Shown here piece by piece: positions 1 through 12,761 of a DNA stretch of 64,000 bases (its first letter is position 1; the number at the start of each line of letters is the position of its first letter). This DNA comes from Octopus vulgaris. Lineage: Eukaryota. The translations under genes were made by a program, and so were the position numbers. The notes beneath the pieces are model-generated. The model was not told the DNA's origin. It made no database searches and saw only the letters and a program-made list of their open reading frames with translations. The stretch covers positions 128,650,001 to 128,714,000 of the forward strand of contig OX597817.1 in NCBI GenBank assembly GCA_951406725.2, in the 5' to 3' direction.

Positions 1-63
1 AATAATCTGGAACTCGACTGAGGAAAGAAAACTCCGAGTGACCCGTCCTTGTTTTCTTTGTAT
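1..63 (+). repeat. Dispersed repeat fragment (second copy at ~20360-20422)
   Basis: ataatctgg(a/t)actcgactga(g/t)gaaagaaaact(c/t)cga(g/a)tgac(c/a)cgtc(c/t)ttgttttctttgtat is shared with ~20360-20422; both copies abut microsatellites. Confidence 0.7.
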
Positions 64-99
<36 letters not shown>

Positions 100-133
100 T
101 ACATACATACATAGACATACATACATACATACA

Positions 134-169
<36 letters not shown>

Positions 170-359
170 TAATTAATATTTTGGACCATAAGTATAAGTC
201 GATTAGTGTGTTTAAGTGTTGAGTTGAGCACTGGTGTAGTTTGCGTTACCTCTTGTCATCCGCAGTCGTAGTATATTTCCGTTGGATCTACATCAGAAAC
301 TCCACACTGTCAGTTGGGGATAATTATATTAAGTCACGAGATGGATTTGGTATTAAACT

Positions 360-505
360 TTATTCTGTACGACTTTCGTTTCGACCCGTCACACTACTGT
401 ACCTTATGTGTGGGACTCTGTTCAGCTCGTTGCGTTGCATCCATTTTGCAGTCTGGGTCTCATTATGTACTTCCATAGAGAATGTCAACTGCCATGTTGT
501 CATAT
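360..505 (-). repeat. Left arm of a diverged inverted repeat (partner 1220-1386), pLTR-like
   Basis: The reverse complement aligns to 1220-1386 (e.g. gttgcatccattttgcagtct / agactgcaaaatggatgcaac); the minus strand has GAAAC-GAAA-GTC. Confidence 0.75.
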
Positions 506-514
506 GCCTTAACT

Positions 515-1202
515 AGTAAAGGACCTGGGTATCTTGGTGGATTCCTCCTTTTCGCCTTCGGGCCTGTGCGTCCATGCTGCCAACAAAGCACGCGGAGTTC
601 TGTTCTTGATTCAACGGTCATTCGGAATGCTCACAGCAGCCATATTCCTACCGCTCTATGTCACGCTGGTGAGACCCATATTAGAGTACGGGATTCAAGC
701 CTCTTCTCCTTATCTCCTCAAAGACATACAGCATCTCGAAAGAGTCCAGAAGCTGGCTACCCGCATGGTTCTTGGTCTCAAGAATTTGTCTTATGAAGAA
801 AGGCTGAAGACGCTCGACATTTATTCTGTAGAAAAACGACGACGCCGTGGTGATCTCATTCTTGCTCACAACATCATAAGCGGAAAGTGTAACCTCTCGA
901 AGGAGCTGTTCTTCACTCCTGCTCCAGAGCGTCGGCTGCGGAGTCATTCCGAAAAGCTCTATCTGCGACGATTTCATCTCAATCGAAGGAGAGGGGCTTT
1001 CTCCGTCCGAGTTGCGGATCCGTGGAATAAGCTGCCGGACGAGATGGTGAAGATGCCGACGACCGCTCAGTTCAAAGTCTCCCTTGACCACAAGTGGCCT
1101 GAACTCTTTACATGAGCACTACCCTGTACATAACTCCATGTCCCCCTACATGGCCTTGCTTTTTGCTTTTTGAGCCAAAAGATTAACTAACTAACTAACT
1201 AA
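515..1202 (+). mobile_element. 5'-truncated CR1/L2-like LINE: RT C-terminus (open frame 516-1115), 3'UTR and (TAAC)n tail
   Basis: KDLGILVDSS...ANKARGVL..IQRSF...LYVTLVRPILEY...LERVQKLATRMV.GLKNLSYEERLK.L...RRRRGDLI...FSVRV..PWNKLP is typical of CR1/L2-group ORF2 C-termini; microsatellite tail; 7-bp direct repeat CTTAACT at 508-514 and 1203-1209. Confidence 0.9.
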
Positions 1203-1219
1203 CTTAACTTGACGAGAAT

Positions 1220-1386
1220 ATAACAACATGGCAGCCAAGACTCAAGATCTTTAGTGAGACACGACTTTATCTATAGACGTACATGGTGAGACCTAGACTG
1301 CAAAATGGATGCAACACAAGATGTCGAACAGAGTCACACACATAAGGGACAATAGCAGGACGGATCGAAACGAGTGCGGTGAATAA
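1220..1386 (+). repeat. Right arm of inverted repeat (partner 360-505)
   Basis: Reverse-complement match to 360-505 with a ~20-nt indel. Confidence 0.75.
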
Positions 1387-1389
1387 ATT

Positions 1390-1668
1390 GTCGTCTAAAT
1401 TATGCAAAAAAGAAAATAACATTGACATATCATTTTAACAAAATTACATTAAAATATCTTGAAATACTAAAGAGAAAATTTATTTAATAAAATCGCCATT
1501 GACTTCGGAATCTGCAACTCTTCTGGATGATCTCCTTGTTTTAGTTGATGAATGCTGCTATAATCCTTGCCTTCAATTCATCTTTGGTTTTACATGGAGT
1601 TTTGTTGGTCACTTGTTCAACTGCACCCCACGCATAATAATCAAGGGGTTTTAGTCTGGTAAGTTAAA
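1390..1668 (-). mobile_element. Tc1/mariner (DD37D/maT-like) transposase C-terminal remnant
   Basis: The minus strand reads PD*NPLDYYAWGAVEQVTNKTPCKTKDELKARIIAAF, similar to the C-terminus of the 13933-15210 element. Confidence 0.75.
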
Positions 1669-2070
1669 TGATCAGATCCGTCCTGCTATTGTAGGCTTCA
1701 TTGTTGTATATCTGTTTGAGTTTCGATCGAGTGTTATACGGATGAGCGTAGAGTCGACGAGTGTGTCTCACACGAGGTCCGTCCAAGTTTCTAGCGGGGG
1801 TTTAAGTTTGTCTGTCTATAGTCGAATGGTTTATTTGTCTAGTACTATAGTGTGTCTCTTCGGAACTGAGTTTAGCGATGTGTTTTTTAAGCCTAGTGTT
1901 TGCCATGAAATTAATTTGCAGGGAGAAGCCGCTAGCAGATACTACCTGGTTACAGTATGTAGCATTGTTATTGAAGATTTCCCCAATGGCCGAGAGATTC
2001 GATATCCAGATAGATATGCATTTGCTTACACTATCGAAGGTAGATTTACGGTGATTAGAGTCTATCTTAA

Positions 2071-2113
<43 letters not shown>

Positions 2114-2261
2114 TTTCGTGAGTTAAATTGAGCAAACACTATATGAGAGAGATTTTCTTTAAGTATTGGAAATAGTTTTAAAAAAGTTTTTTTAGCTGCT
2201 ATTTCTAATGAGTTCAGTATGCGGCAAAGTAATTTATTTTACTAAGCCCTTTTATATAATG

Positions 2262-2350
2262 TAATAATTTGAATTCGCCTTAAATGGTCCCTTTGCATAC
2301 TGAATACTTGGTGAAATTGATTAATTAATTAATTTTACCCTCAATTGTTG

Positions 2351-2352
<2 letters not shown>
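2262..2352. repeat. ~90-bp dispersed repeat abutting (TA)n; second copy at 10050-10147
   Basis: aatttgaattcgccttaaatggtccc...ttttaccctcaattgttgaaa is nearly identical at both loci. Confidence 0.85.
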
Positions 2353-2416
<64 letters not shown>

Positions 2417-2624
2417 ATATATGTATGTATGCATGCATATTAGAGTCTATGTCAATATATATACATATATATATATGTATGTATATGGTGAATATGCTCC
2501 GGAATAATCATTTAAAGACGTTTTTGTTAAATATTGTTTTTGTTGAATAAAATTTGTAGAAAAAAGTTGCAATTATTATGCACCAACCAATATATATGTA
2601 TACTTACATACATACATAGATACA

Positions 2625-2704
<80 letters not shown>

Positions 2705-2849
2705 AATACACACACACACTCATATATGCGTATATGTATGTATACATGTGTACGTGTGCGTGTATGTGTGTGTATGTAATATATATACATACAATGATCT
2801 ATATGGACTGATATTCGGCAATTTATTAAGTTGCAGTTAAGCTATGAAG

Positions 2850-2891
<42 letters not shown>

Positions 2892-3142
2892 ACCCATGTA
2901 CACTGCCAGATCCCCCAACGCCCACCCATCCCCCACACACAAAGGGACGTTTCTAAAGAGTCGATGTGAGGAAAGCACCTGTACAGGACTTGCCTTTGTT
3001 TCTCTTACTGTATGTAATATGATACTTCACTTCTTGTCCCCTAATGAACTGAATATGAATCCAACGGTATGCGGTGTACGATAGCCCCATACTACTACTA
3101 CTACTACTACTAATGATGATGATGATGATGATGATGATGATA

Positions 3143-3518
3143 TAGTTTCAGGCACTGGCTCTCATAGTTTTTCATCTGATTGGAAGTGGTATCATGTACA
3201 TATTTTGTATTGGTATGAAAAGATGGGCTACAGCAAATATTCTGCTCAATAGTACAGATTTGCTTCCCAGCTGCTTGACCGTAACCATTTGAGGATGCCC
3301 CTCAGTGGCTGATGGTATGTGCATATCTAATCACGAGCAGAAGTAGTGGGAAGCATCATAGCCATGTGTTGAGAGGAATTCTTTGGGGTTTGGATAATTC
3401 ACCTCTGGAAACATGGGTATTTTGTTCATCATCCTTAAACAACCCTTATTCAGGGACCTTTTGAGCGGGATGGGCTACTTCAACTGAGGAAAATTCTAAC
3501 AGGGCCCCACATGCAAGC
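3143..3518 (+). mobile_element. Dispersed ~370-bp retroelement-like repeat (opposite-strand copy at 55545-55900)
   Basis: Aligns to the reverse complement of 55545-55900 (aattcacctctggaaacat, aaagatgggctaca, cttattcag.gaccttttgag). Confidence 0.7.
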
Positions 3519-3533
3519 TACTATATATACTTA

Positions 3534-3628
<95 letters not shown>

Positions 3629-3689
3629 GAATGTATATGTGTGTGTCCGTGTGTGCATGCGCGCGCGCGTAAGTATGGAGGTATGAATG

Positions 3690-3945
3690 TGCATCTGTGC
3701 CTGCTTTTGCGTCAGTGTTTGTGCCCCAACACCGTTTGACGACCGGTGTTTTTATTTTTACGTCCCACTAACTTAACGGATCGGTAAAAGAAGCTGACAG
3801 AATAAGTTACAGCACCCCGTTTCACACGCAAAAAAAAACAAAAGGAAAAAGGTACTGAGGTTGATTCATTCGACTAAAAATTCTCCAGAGCATTGCCACA
3901 GTATGACCGCAGTCTAATGACTGAAAGAAGTAAAAGATAAAATAA
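3690..3945 (+). mobile_element. SINE family A, 3' half
   Basis: Matches the 3' half of the full copy at 45559-45950; ends ...atgactgaaagaagtaaaaga. Confidence 0.75.
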
Positions 3946-3979
3946 TAACAACAAAAACAACGGCAACAACAACAACAAT

Positions 3980-4150
3980 AATGGTTTCAAATATTGGCAC
4001 AAGGCCAGCAATTTCGGCGAAGTGGCTAAGTCAATTATATCGATCCCACAGTGTTCGACTGGTAGTTATTTTACCGACCCTGAAGGGATGAAAGGTAAAA
4101 CTGACCTCGGCAGAATCTGAGCTCATGATGTTAAGACAGCCAAAATGTCA
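3980..4150 (-). mobile_element. SINE family B (tRNA-like head plus GCCTTTCATCCTTTCGGGGTCGATAAA core)
   Basis: Reverse complement of the family seen at 7768, 43875 and 61752. Confidence 0.75.
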
Positions 4151-4155
4151 TTAAA

Positions 4156-5655
4156 GTGTTTCAGTTCAGAAATAGTAAAGGAAAAATTAACCATTTCCTC
4201 TACATGGATGATCTGAAGTTTTTTAATAAGAATAAAAAGGAGATAAATTCCTTAATACAAGCAGTAAAACTCTTCAGCAAAGACATAGGCATGGAATTTG
4301 ACATAGATAAGTGTGCAATATTAGTCATGAAAAAGGGACAGGTAGTTAGCAGTGAAGGCATCCAATTACCAGATGGCCAGACATTAAAATCACAGAAAGA
4401 AGGAGAGCTATAAGTATCTAAGAGTATTAGAATGTGACAGAGTTTTAACTATAGAAATGAAAATGAAAATTGAGGTGTACATCAGTAGGGTGAAGAAGCT
4501 AATGAAGTGAAAACTAAATGGTCCGAATCTAGTAACGGCTATAAATACTTGGACATTATCGTTACTTAGATATTCAGTAGCTTTTGTAGATTGGACAAAA
4601 TCTGAATTAGAAAATATCGATAGAAGAAATAGGAAGGAATTCAATATGAATAGAGGACTTCACCCTAGAACAGGAGTAGCAAGATTATACTTAGAAAGGA
4701 AGGTAGAAGAGAGTTAATACGAGAAGAAGAATGTGTGGAGTTAGCTAGAGTAGATATAGACTTCTATGTATATAATAGTGAATAAAGGCTAATAAGAGTT
4801 GCTAGAGTCACAGCAAGACATAGGAAAACCAAAAAGCCAAAAGAAGTTAAAAATCAGACAAAAGAATAAGATTATTTGACTGACAAGAAAAGTCCTTGCA
4901 TGGTAGATTCCCAAAGATAGTTGCAGGAAATAGTAATTGTGAAACATGGTTATGGTTGCATGACAGAAAGTTTGATAGTAACAGCATAAGATCAAGCATG
5001 GAGGACTCATTGGATAAAAGCGAAGATATATAAAATCCAAGTAGATGTAGGTTATGTAAATTAAAAGAGGAAGTGTTATTCATACAGTAAGTGAATGTAA
5101 CATGTTGATACAGAAAATATACCAGAAAAGACATGACATTCTAGGGTGTAAATCTACTGGAATTTATGTAGAAAGTTAGGATTTCACCATACTGATAAAT
5201 GGTATGAACATGAACCTAATAAAGTAGTAGGAAGTAAGAAATTTAAGATGTTGTGGGACCTTAACATTCAGATGGACAGAGTAATAGGAGGTAGGTCTGA
5301 TTTAGTAGTAGTAGACTAAAAGAATAGTAAGTCCCAAATGATGAGAAAGTCAACATGAGAGGTATAGAGTAAATAGCAAAGTACCAGGACTTAACCATTG
5401 AGTTACAGAGACCGTAGAAAATGCAGGTAAAATTGAATATCTGTAGATATAGGTGTATTAGGAGCTATTCCTAAAGATTTGAACAGAGGGGTACAGGAAA
5501 TAGGCATAAAACCCAGTTTAGTACAGCTCAAGAAAATAGTGTTTTTAGATGCAGCTAGGATTCTTAGCAGGGCTCTTGTCATTTAAAGTTAGTTGTAGCC
5601 TGATGTAAGAAATTTTTCGTTTTCGACAGTTTAATCTGTTGTGTGTATATGAAAT
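4156..5655 (+). mobile_element. Decayed Dong/R4-clade (RLE) non-LTR retrotransposon, 3' portion
   Basis: RT motif NHFLYMDDLK, then DIGMEFDIDKCA and remnants KRHD..., DKWYEHEPNKVV, KMLWDLNIQMDRVI..RSDLVVVD; many stops and frameshifts; ends in a TAA/TGA tract. Confidence 0.88.
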
Positions 5656-6849
5656 AATAATGATGATAATATTACTACTACCAGTAATGACAATAATCAT
5701 TCCTTTATTATTCATTATATATTTTTATCTTTATTTTATGTTTTTATTTTAATTCTTTGTTTTTGTCTCTATTACTACTAAGTATAATCATTGGAACAAT
5801 TATTAATATGTGCTTGCTTGTGAATAGATCAATGTATACTACTGGCATCGAGGGTGAACAAATATATTCCATTAACAACTATATAGTATATTACTAATGT
5901 TACATTTATTGTTTTATTTATGCTTACTTATGTATTTATTTTCTTATCTTGTTGTTACATGACGGAGTAGCTGGTGGCGATGTGTCGTGATAATGTATGG
6001 GGAAAGGTAGTTTCTTTATTTTATATATATTTGATTGGACTCATATGCATGTCTGTCAGTTAGTTTGGTTCGATATCCTCTACCCTATCATCAAACACTC
6101 ACCTGACCCCGTGCAACCCACCACCACCACCACCACCACAGTACCAATCTACCGAATTTCTTTCACCTTGTTTTCCACCTACTACTTATATTTCATACTT
6201 TCTCCTCTTTCTCTCTTAAGCCACTGTTTATTTGTCTGTCTGCCTAGTTCACTCTTTCTTTCTCTCTGTCTCTCCTCTTCCTCTCTTTCTCTCCCACATT
6301 GCTCATAATATATAAATAAATAATTATATTAATATGTAAATAGAAATATGTTATAAATACCCGATTGTTCGATTCTATCGTTAGACTTAGAAGTGATTAT
6401 CTCCCCTGTCTACAGAGTGAGAATGAGTAAAAGATAGAAAGGTAAAGAGAGATAACAGAAAGAGAGGAGAAAACGAGAGAAAGTGCAGAATAAATATAGA
6501 GAATGAGCAAAAGAAAAGAGAGCAATAAGAGAGACAAAGAAAAAGAGAAAACGAAATAGAATCACAAAGAGAGAAAAATAAAAAATAGAAAGTGAGAAAG
6601 AAATGTTGATCGAAAGAGAGAGATTGACGAATTAATCCTTGCTCGCTAGGCAAGGGATCAAGCGTTAAATCATTGACAAACCGAGAAACGTCAAAGAATC
6701 TATTAAAGCAATACTTAAGTGACTTCTATTCATTGCTATTTATCTTCACACACAGATACAACAAACAGCCACAACCACACCATGTATGCCCACACGTATA
6801 TATGTGTGCATGTATGTGTATGTACGTATAAATTATGTAAAACAAAAAA

Positions 6850-6899
<50 letters not shown>

Positions 6900-6925
6900 A
6901 TTTACAAATATATGTATATGTATAA

Positions 6926-6968
<43 letters not shown>

Positions 6969-6987
6969 AAGTACCTGTGTAGATGTA

Positions 6988-7079
<92 letters not shown>

Positions 7080-7208
7080 TATATATTTATATGTACTCTC
7101 AGACATTTTATTATTTAGTGTTTGCAAAAGACTTAATGAAACATATCTAAAGCCTGTGGCTATCCACTGTTCGGTGTGATTCGGTGTAGGATTTTAACGA
7201 GTACGAAA

Positions 7209-7265
<57 letters not shown>

Positions 7266-7278
7266 GCTGCTGTTGCTG

Positions 7279-7326
<48 letters not shown>

Positions 7327-7767
7327 GACGTCAAATAACGTGTAACGTATCAAATAGACTAGAATTAAATAAAAGAAGGGTAAAGACAAAACCCAAAACT
7401 AACATAATTTGGATTTATGCCTTCGACGTCACCACTAGCAAAAGAGTCACTATCACCTCCAACAATAAGAACAATAGCAATGTCTGACCTCGATTTGAAA
7501 TCAATTTTGTCTCACGTTCTTTGAATACAGTTGCACTCAAGATAATCGACTCCCTTAATACAGTTTGTATCATGAGTGTTAGTGACTGTTCGGGAGGAGC
7601 ATTGTCAAAGGCAAAGTTTGTTGGTGAGGTCGTCATAATCTTTTAGATTTGAAAAAGCACTAGAAGGAAATTTGTTTTTTAATGGTAAAGATAATTTCAG
7701 TAATCTAAGCTTAAAATTCGTGTTTAGCAGTGTTATATCCTTAAGCCTCCAATATTGTAGTATTGTT

Positions 7768-8176
7768 AGGGCGGGGAGCTAGCAGAATCATTAGTACCCC
7801 GAGTGAAATGCTCAGTGGTATTCCGTCTGCCATTACGTTCTGAGTTCAAATTCCCGCGAGGTCGACTTTGCCTTTCATCCTTTCGGGGTCGATTAAATAA
7901 GTACCAGTTACACACTGGGGTAGATGTAATCGATTTAATCCAATTGTCTGTCCTTGTTTGTCCTCTCTGTGTTTAGCCCCTTGTGGGTAGTAAAGAAATA
8001 GGTATTCCATCTGCCGTTACGTTCTGAGTTCAAATTCGACTGAGGTCGACTTTGCCTTTCATTCTTTCCGGGTCGATTGAATAAGTACCAGTTACGCACT
8101 GGAGTACGAATTATTCCCTTTGTCTGTCCTTGTTTGTCTCCCGTTATGTTTATCCCCCTGTGGGCAATAATGAAAT
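7768..8176 (+). mobile_element. Dimeric SINE family B with 18-bp TSD
   Basis: Two tandem monomers (~7768-8000, ~8001-8176); CAATATTGTAGTATTGTT at 7750-7767 and 8177-8194. Confidence 0.9.
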
Positions 8177-8542
8177 CAATATTGTAGTATTGTTGACGAT
8201 AGATAAAGAATACACTGTAACAGTGTTATAACAATACAAAATAGAAACAACGGCAATAACAAGCATGTAACGAACCAAAAATTTTTTACGAATCTGCAAT
8301 CAATATTTCCAACATACTAACTCGAACTGTAAACTGTACATTGACTTCGAAGACCAAACTATGAACTGCCCACTACGTCAGAGTGCTAGTATTTATATGT
8401 AGTGCTCGCGTCTATTTTCGTCTTTCTCTCTTCTACTCGTATCGTTGAAATCAATGACACAACTTTCCTTCCATCCAAATACCCCCCCCCACACACACAC
8501 ACGCACACATACATACTAATACATATAAACATACACATATAT

Positions 8543-8695
8543 AACGGGCTTCTTTCACTTTCAGTCTACTAAATCCACTCACAAAGCTTTGGTCGGTTTG
8601 GGTTATAGCAAAAGACAATTGACCAAAGTATCACGCAGTGGAACTTAACCCAGAACTGTTATTGGGAAGTAAACTCACGCCCGCGACCATAGGCA
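8543..8695 (-). mobile_element. SINE family A, 5' half
   Basis: acgggcttctttca...aaatccactcacaaagctttggtcgg, as in 63015-63177. Confidence 0.75.
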
Positions 8696-8927
8696 ACGCA
8701 TGCACTTACATATTGATGTTTTTTTAGACTATTTATTGAAAGAGGTGTAACAAATAATCATAAGTTATGTGTGAGATTATTTCGTTTCTAAATATATATA
8801 CATACATGTATGCATGCATACACGCATGCATGCACGTATGTATGTATGTATGTATGTATGTATGTATGTATGTATGTATGTATGTATGTATGTATGTATG
8901 TATGTATGTATGTGTGTGTGTATGTAT

Positions 8928-9330
8928 GCCATTATCAGTTTTATTTGAAGATCTTTTGTCAATAGAGAAAGAGCCAGTTTCTAACCTACATCCAAGGCTC
9001 CTCCTTTGGAATTTCAATATCAACAACATGATATGTGTGTGTACGCATGCATGTCTATGTGCAGATTTGTATGTTTTGTTTTATGTATGCATTTTCATGA
9101 ATATACTTGCATATCAAGACCTACTCGCATTTACTTAAATGATACATTTTTGGAAAGTTTTACAGATTTTTACAGTTCCAGTGATGGCTTGGGTCTGTAG
9201 TTTCGAATCAGCTTTCTTCTTTTCTGGATTTGAGAAGCCTAAATTCTCAAGATTGGAATTTATGCGGTGTGTTATATATCCCAGTACCCCAATAATTACA
9301 GGTACGTACGTATGTATGTTCATTTTCAGA
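8928..9330 (-). mobile_element. 3' end of an RLE-type non-LTR element ending in (CATA)n
   Basis: Peptide VPVIIGVLGYIT...NLENLGFS...QAITGTVKICKTF resembles the RLE C-terminus (P.iiGalG...G.a.i); second copy at 24388-24757. Confidence 0.7.
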
Positions 9331-9599
9331 TCACTGTTAGTGCTACTAGTAACATGTAACTTAGTACAATCAGTCACAAGCTCTGGCCAACTAAACCATC
9401 AACTATACCAAGCAGGCTTGGTAAGGTGGTAGGTTTCCGTTGGGCACTCAGCAGGTCAAAAAACAACACTCTGGCAAAAGATGGATAGACTCAGTAGAAT
9501 CAACTGCGATCGAACAGCTGAGGTGTTCAAAACATTAACGTTCAGGTAACAGTTATAAATGGTTCAAAATGTAACCACGTGTGTACCGTTGGCAATTTT

Positions 9600-9764
9600 T
9601 TTCTTCTGTCTTCCCTTCTCCTATGTTTCCGACGAAGAGCTCCGCTCGAAACGTTAAACCCTCCTTCTTTCCTTCCTTCCTGAGCTATACTATATAATAA
9701 TACTATGTTTGTTCCACGTCCTCGCGTTGTTGTGTTTTTTTTTTGTGCTTTCATGTTTGGATTA

Positions 9765-9770
<6 letters not shown>
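9600..9770 (+). mobile_element. PLE pLTR-like fragment with minimal HHR-like motif (9625-9659)
   Basis: GTTT-CCGACGA-A-GAGC-TCC-GCTC-GAAA-CG-TT-AAAC; ends at (TA)n. Confidence 0.55.
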
Positions 9771-9828
<58 letters not shown>

Positions 9829-9938
9829 GTAAAAAGTGAAAAAACTACAGAAGGCTTGTTTTAAAAGGTTAAAAAATATATATTTGAGTCAATATGTCTG
9901 AAGAATGTTATAATTTTTTTCACACACCAACTTTCTCA

Positions 9939-10049
<111 letters not shown>

Positions 10050-10144
10050 TATTATTAATTTGAATTCGCCTTAAATGGTCCCTTTGCATACTGAACACTT
10101 GGTGAAATTGATTAATAATTAATTAATTTTACCCTCAATTGTTG

Positions 10145-10147
<3 letters not shown>
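10050..10147. repeat. ~90-bp repeat embedded in (TA)n (copy of 2262-2352)
   Basis: Near-identical to 2262-2352; (TA)n on both sides. Confidence 0.85.
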
Positions 10148-10193
<46 letters not shown>

Positions 10194-10199
10194 TATATA

Positions 10200-10594
10200 C
10201 GGTCCTTATCTTTAAGTTTTAGTTTTCTTCTGGAGCTTTGTTTCGACGAGGAGGTTTTTCCCTCTTTCTCAAAGGCTGTCATTACTTTCGAGACAGTACT
10301 TCTTGATGCACCAAATATTTCATCTGTTTTCATTACACTAGCGCCTGCCGTACGAGCACCAACAATTTGATCTCTTTGAAAGTCCGATAGATCTGTCATT
10401 TTAATGAATTTTAATTACCATTTTCTGATGATATCTGAAAAGAAACAGCGATTTTATTAAAATATATCAAGCAACATTAATAATAAATAAAAATAACATA
10501 AAAATAAACAAGCTTTCGACGGTTTCATAGATATTTCAAAATTATGATGCTGTGATATGATGATAGGTGTTTCTTTTATTTTGTCCAACCCTTG
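10200..10594 (-). mobile_element. Tc1-like transposon, 5' end (TIR plus HTH N-terminus of transposase)
   Basis: TA|CAAGGGTTGGACAAAATAA..GAAACACC end; ORF MTDLSDFQRDQIVGARTAGASV...FGASRSTVSKVM is a Tc1 paired-like HTH; truncated by (TA)n. Confidence 0.85.
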
Positions 10595-11141
10595 TATATA
10601 CATATATATATATACACACACACGCACATACCCCCCCCCCATATATATAAAAGTAAAGACAATAGTACTTAAATGGAATTTATAAAAGTTTAACATATCG
10701 CTACGCGCGTTTTCACACATCACATGTCTCTTAAGACTACAATCTCTATTCCTGGGACAATTACAATTTAGTCTGTAGTATACGTGGGCATCGGTTTGAT
10801 CATCTTCATGGATTCATTTCTTCAGGTGATATATCATTAATGGATGTACAACAGAAGGATGCTTACCCCTTTGACTTGTATGAAGGTTGAGGGAGTTGTT
10901 TCCCGTAAACAAATTAAAATACATACGTGCATACACCCACACACGCACACACACACACATATATATATGTGTATGCATGGATGTATGTTTACATTTCTTA
11001 GAAAGATAGCTGAGATCGGTGTTGTCGACAAATTCATGTCACACAACCTTTCATATCGCAGTCGTGTGCAATATCCTTGTTAGGAATAGCAACTATGGGA
11101 AAACCGAGACTAACGCGAAAAAGTTAATATATGTATGTGTG

Positions 11142-11207
<66 letters not shown>

Positions 11208-11317
11208 TGTGTATGTATGTATGTATGTATGTATGTATGTATGTATGTATGTATGTATGTATGTATGTATGTGTGTGTGTATGTATGTATGTATGTATGT
11301 GTGTGTGTATATATATT

Positions 11318-11559
11318 CTTTTATTCCTTTAATTGTTTCAGTCATTTGACTGCAGCCATGGTGGAGAACTGCTTAAAAGTGTCTTTAGTCGAAGCAATCG
11401 ACCCCGGGACTTATTCTTTGAAAGCGTAGTACTTATTCTATGAGTCTTGTTTGCCGAACGGCTAGGTTTCGGGGGTGTAAGCACATCAACATGACTTCTT
11501 AAGCGATGGTGGTGAGGAGGACAAACACAAACAAAGACACACACGCACACAGATATATT

Positions 11560-11608
<49 letters not shown>

Positions 11609-11660
11609 CGTCCTTGTTTCAGTTTCCGTGTACCAAATCCGCTCACAAGGGTTGGCCAAA
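11318..11660 (-). mobile_element. SINE family A
   Basis: tgtttcagtcatttgactgcagccatg...(CA)n(TA)n...cagtttccgtgtaccaaatcc. Confidence 0.8.
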
Positions 11661-11949
11661 AGACACCCGACAGTATATGAAAATTCTATAAACATTTAAT
11701 ATACAATTTTATTTATTCATTCCAATTATGAACATTTAATAATTGAATGCTGTGAGTTAAAAATCACCGTTTTTTTCTTATTTCAAGATTTTTCTATTTA
11801 TTAGCGAAGTCTCATATAAAATATTTTTTGTTTTAATCTTGGAATTAAGTGGTTTTGATTTACTGTTAGTTGACTTTGGGCCAATCCTGTATTTGTATGT
11901 ATGTATACACACACATACACACACAAACACACACACATATATGTACATA

Positions 11950-12455
11950 TTGTTGTTGTGACCCACTTCAGTCATGAATGAACATGGGATTGCACCTACA
12001 AAGTTACCCTTCGAGGCACAAGTCTGGGCAAGGTTGTTTATGGAAGACCAGCAGTCGCCCACGCATACCAGCCTCCCCTCTCAACGCCACCGATGTTATC
12101 CAAGGGAAAGGCAAAGGCCGTTACAGCTTGGCACCAGTCACGTCGTAGCTCATTTATTAACGTGCAAGTGGCTGAGCACTCCACAGACACGTGTACCCTT
12201 AACGTAGTTCTCAGGGAGATTCAGCCTGACAAGGCTGGCCCTTCGAAATACAGGTACAACAGAAACAGGAAGAAAGAGTGAGAGAAAGTTGTGGTGAAAG
12301 AGTACAGCAGGGTTCACCCCGCCCCCTGCCGGAGCCTCGTGGAGCTTTAGATGTTTTCGCTCAATAAATACTCACAATACCCGGTCTGGGAATCGAAACC
12401 GCTATCCTACGACCGCGAGTCCACTGTCCTAACCACTGGGTCATTGCGCCTCCAC
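11950..12455 (-). mobile_element. SINE family C head/body joined to a different (RTE-derived-like) 3' module ending in (CAA)n
   Basis: Head GGAGGCGCAATGACCCAGTGGTTAGG...GGTTTCGATTCCC matches 46059; the 11950-12150 segment is absent from the 46059 copy. Confidence 0.75.
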
Positions 12456-12529
12456 ATATATGTGTGTGTGTCTATATGTACATATATATATAAATATACA
12501 TATATATATGTATATGTATATGTACATGC

Positions 12530-12564
<35 letters not shown>

Positions 12565-12601
12565 TATATATTTGTATATATCTACATATATATATATACA
12601 T

Positions 12602-12670
<69 letters not shown>

Positions 12671-12695
12671 CATACATATATATATATATATACAT

Positions 12696-12761
<66 letters not shown>

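Noticed and set aside
1962-2020. Further HHR-like traces (TTGAAGA...GATA-TCCAGA-TA here; also ~28090, ~29165-29210 minus, ~60154-60190)
   Set aside because: Each has two or more core substitutions and poor stems, so they cannot be distinguished from chance without a family consensus
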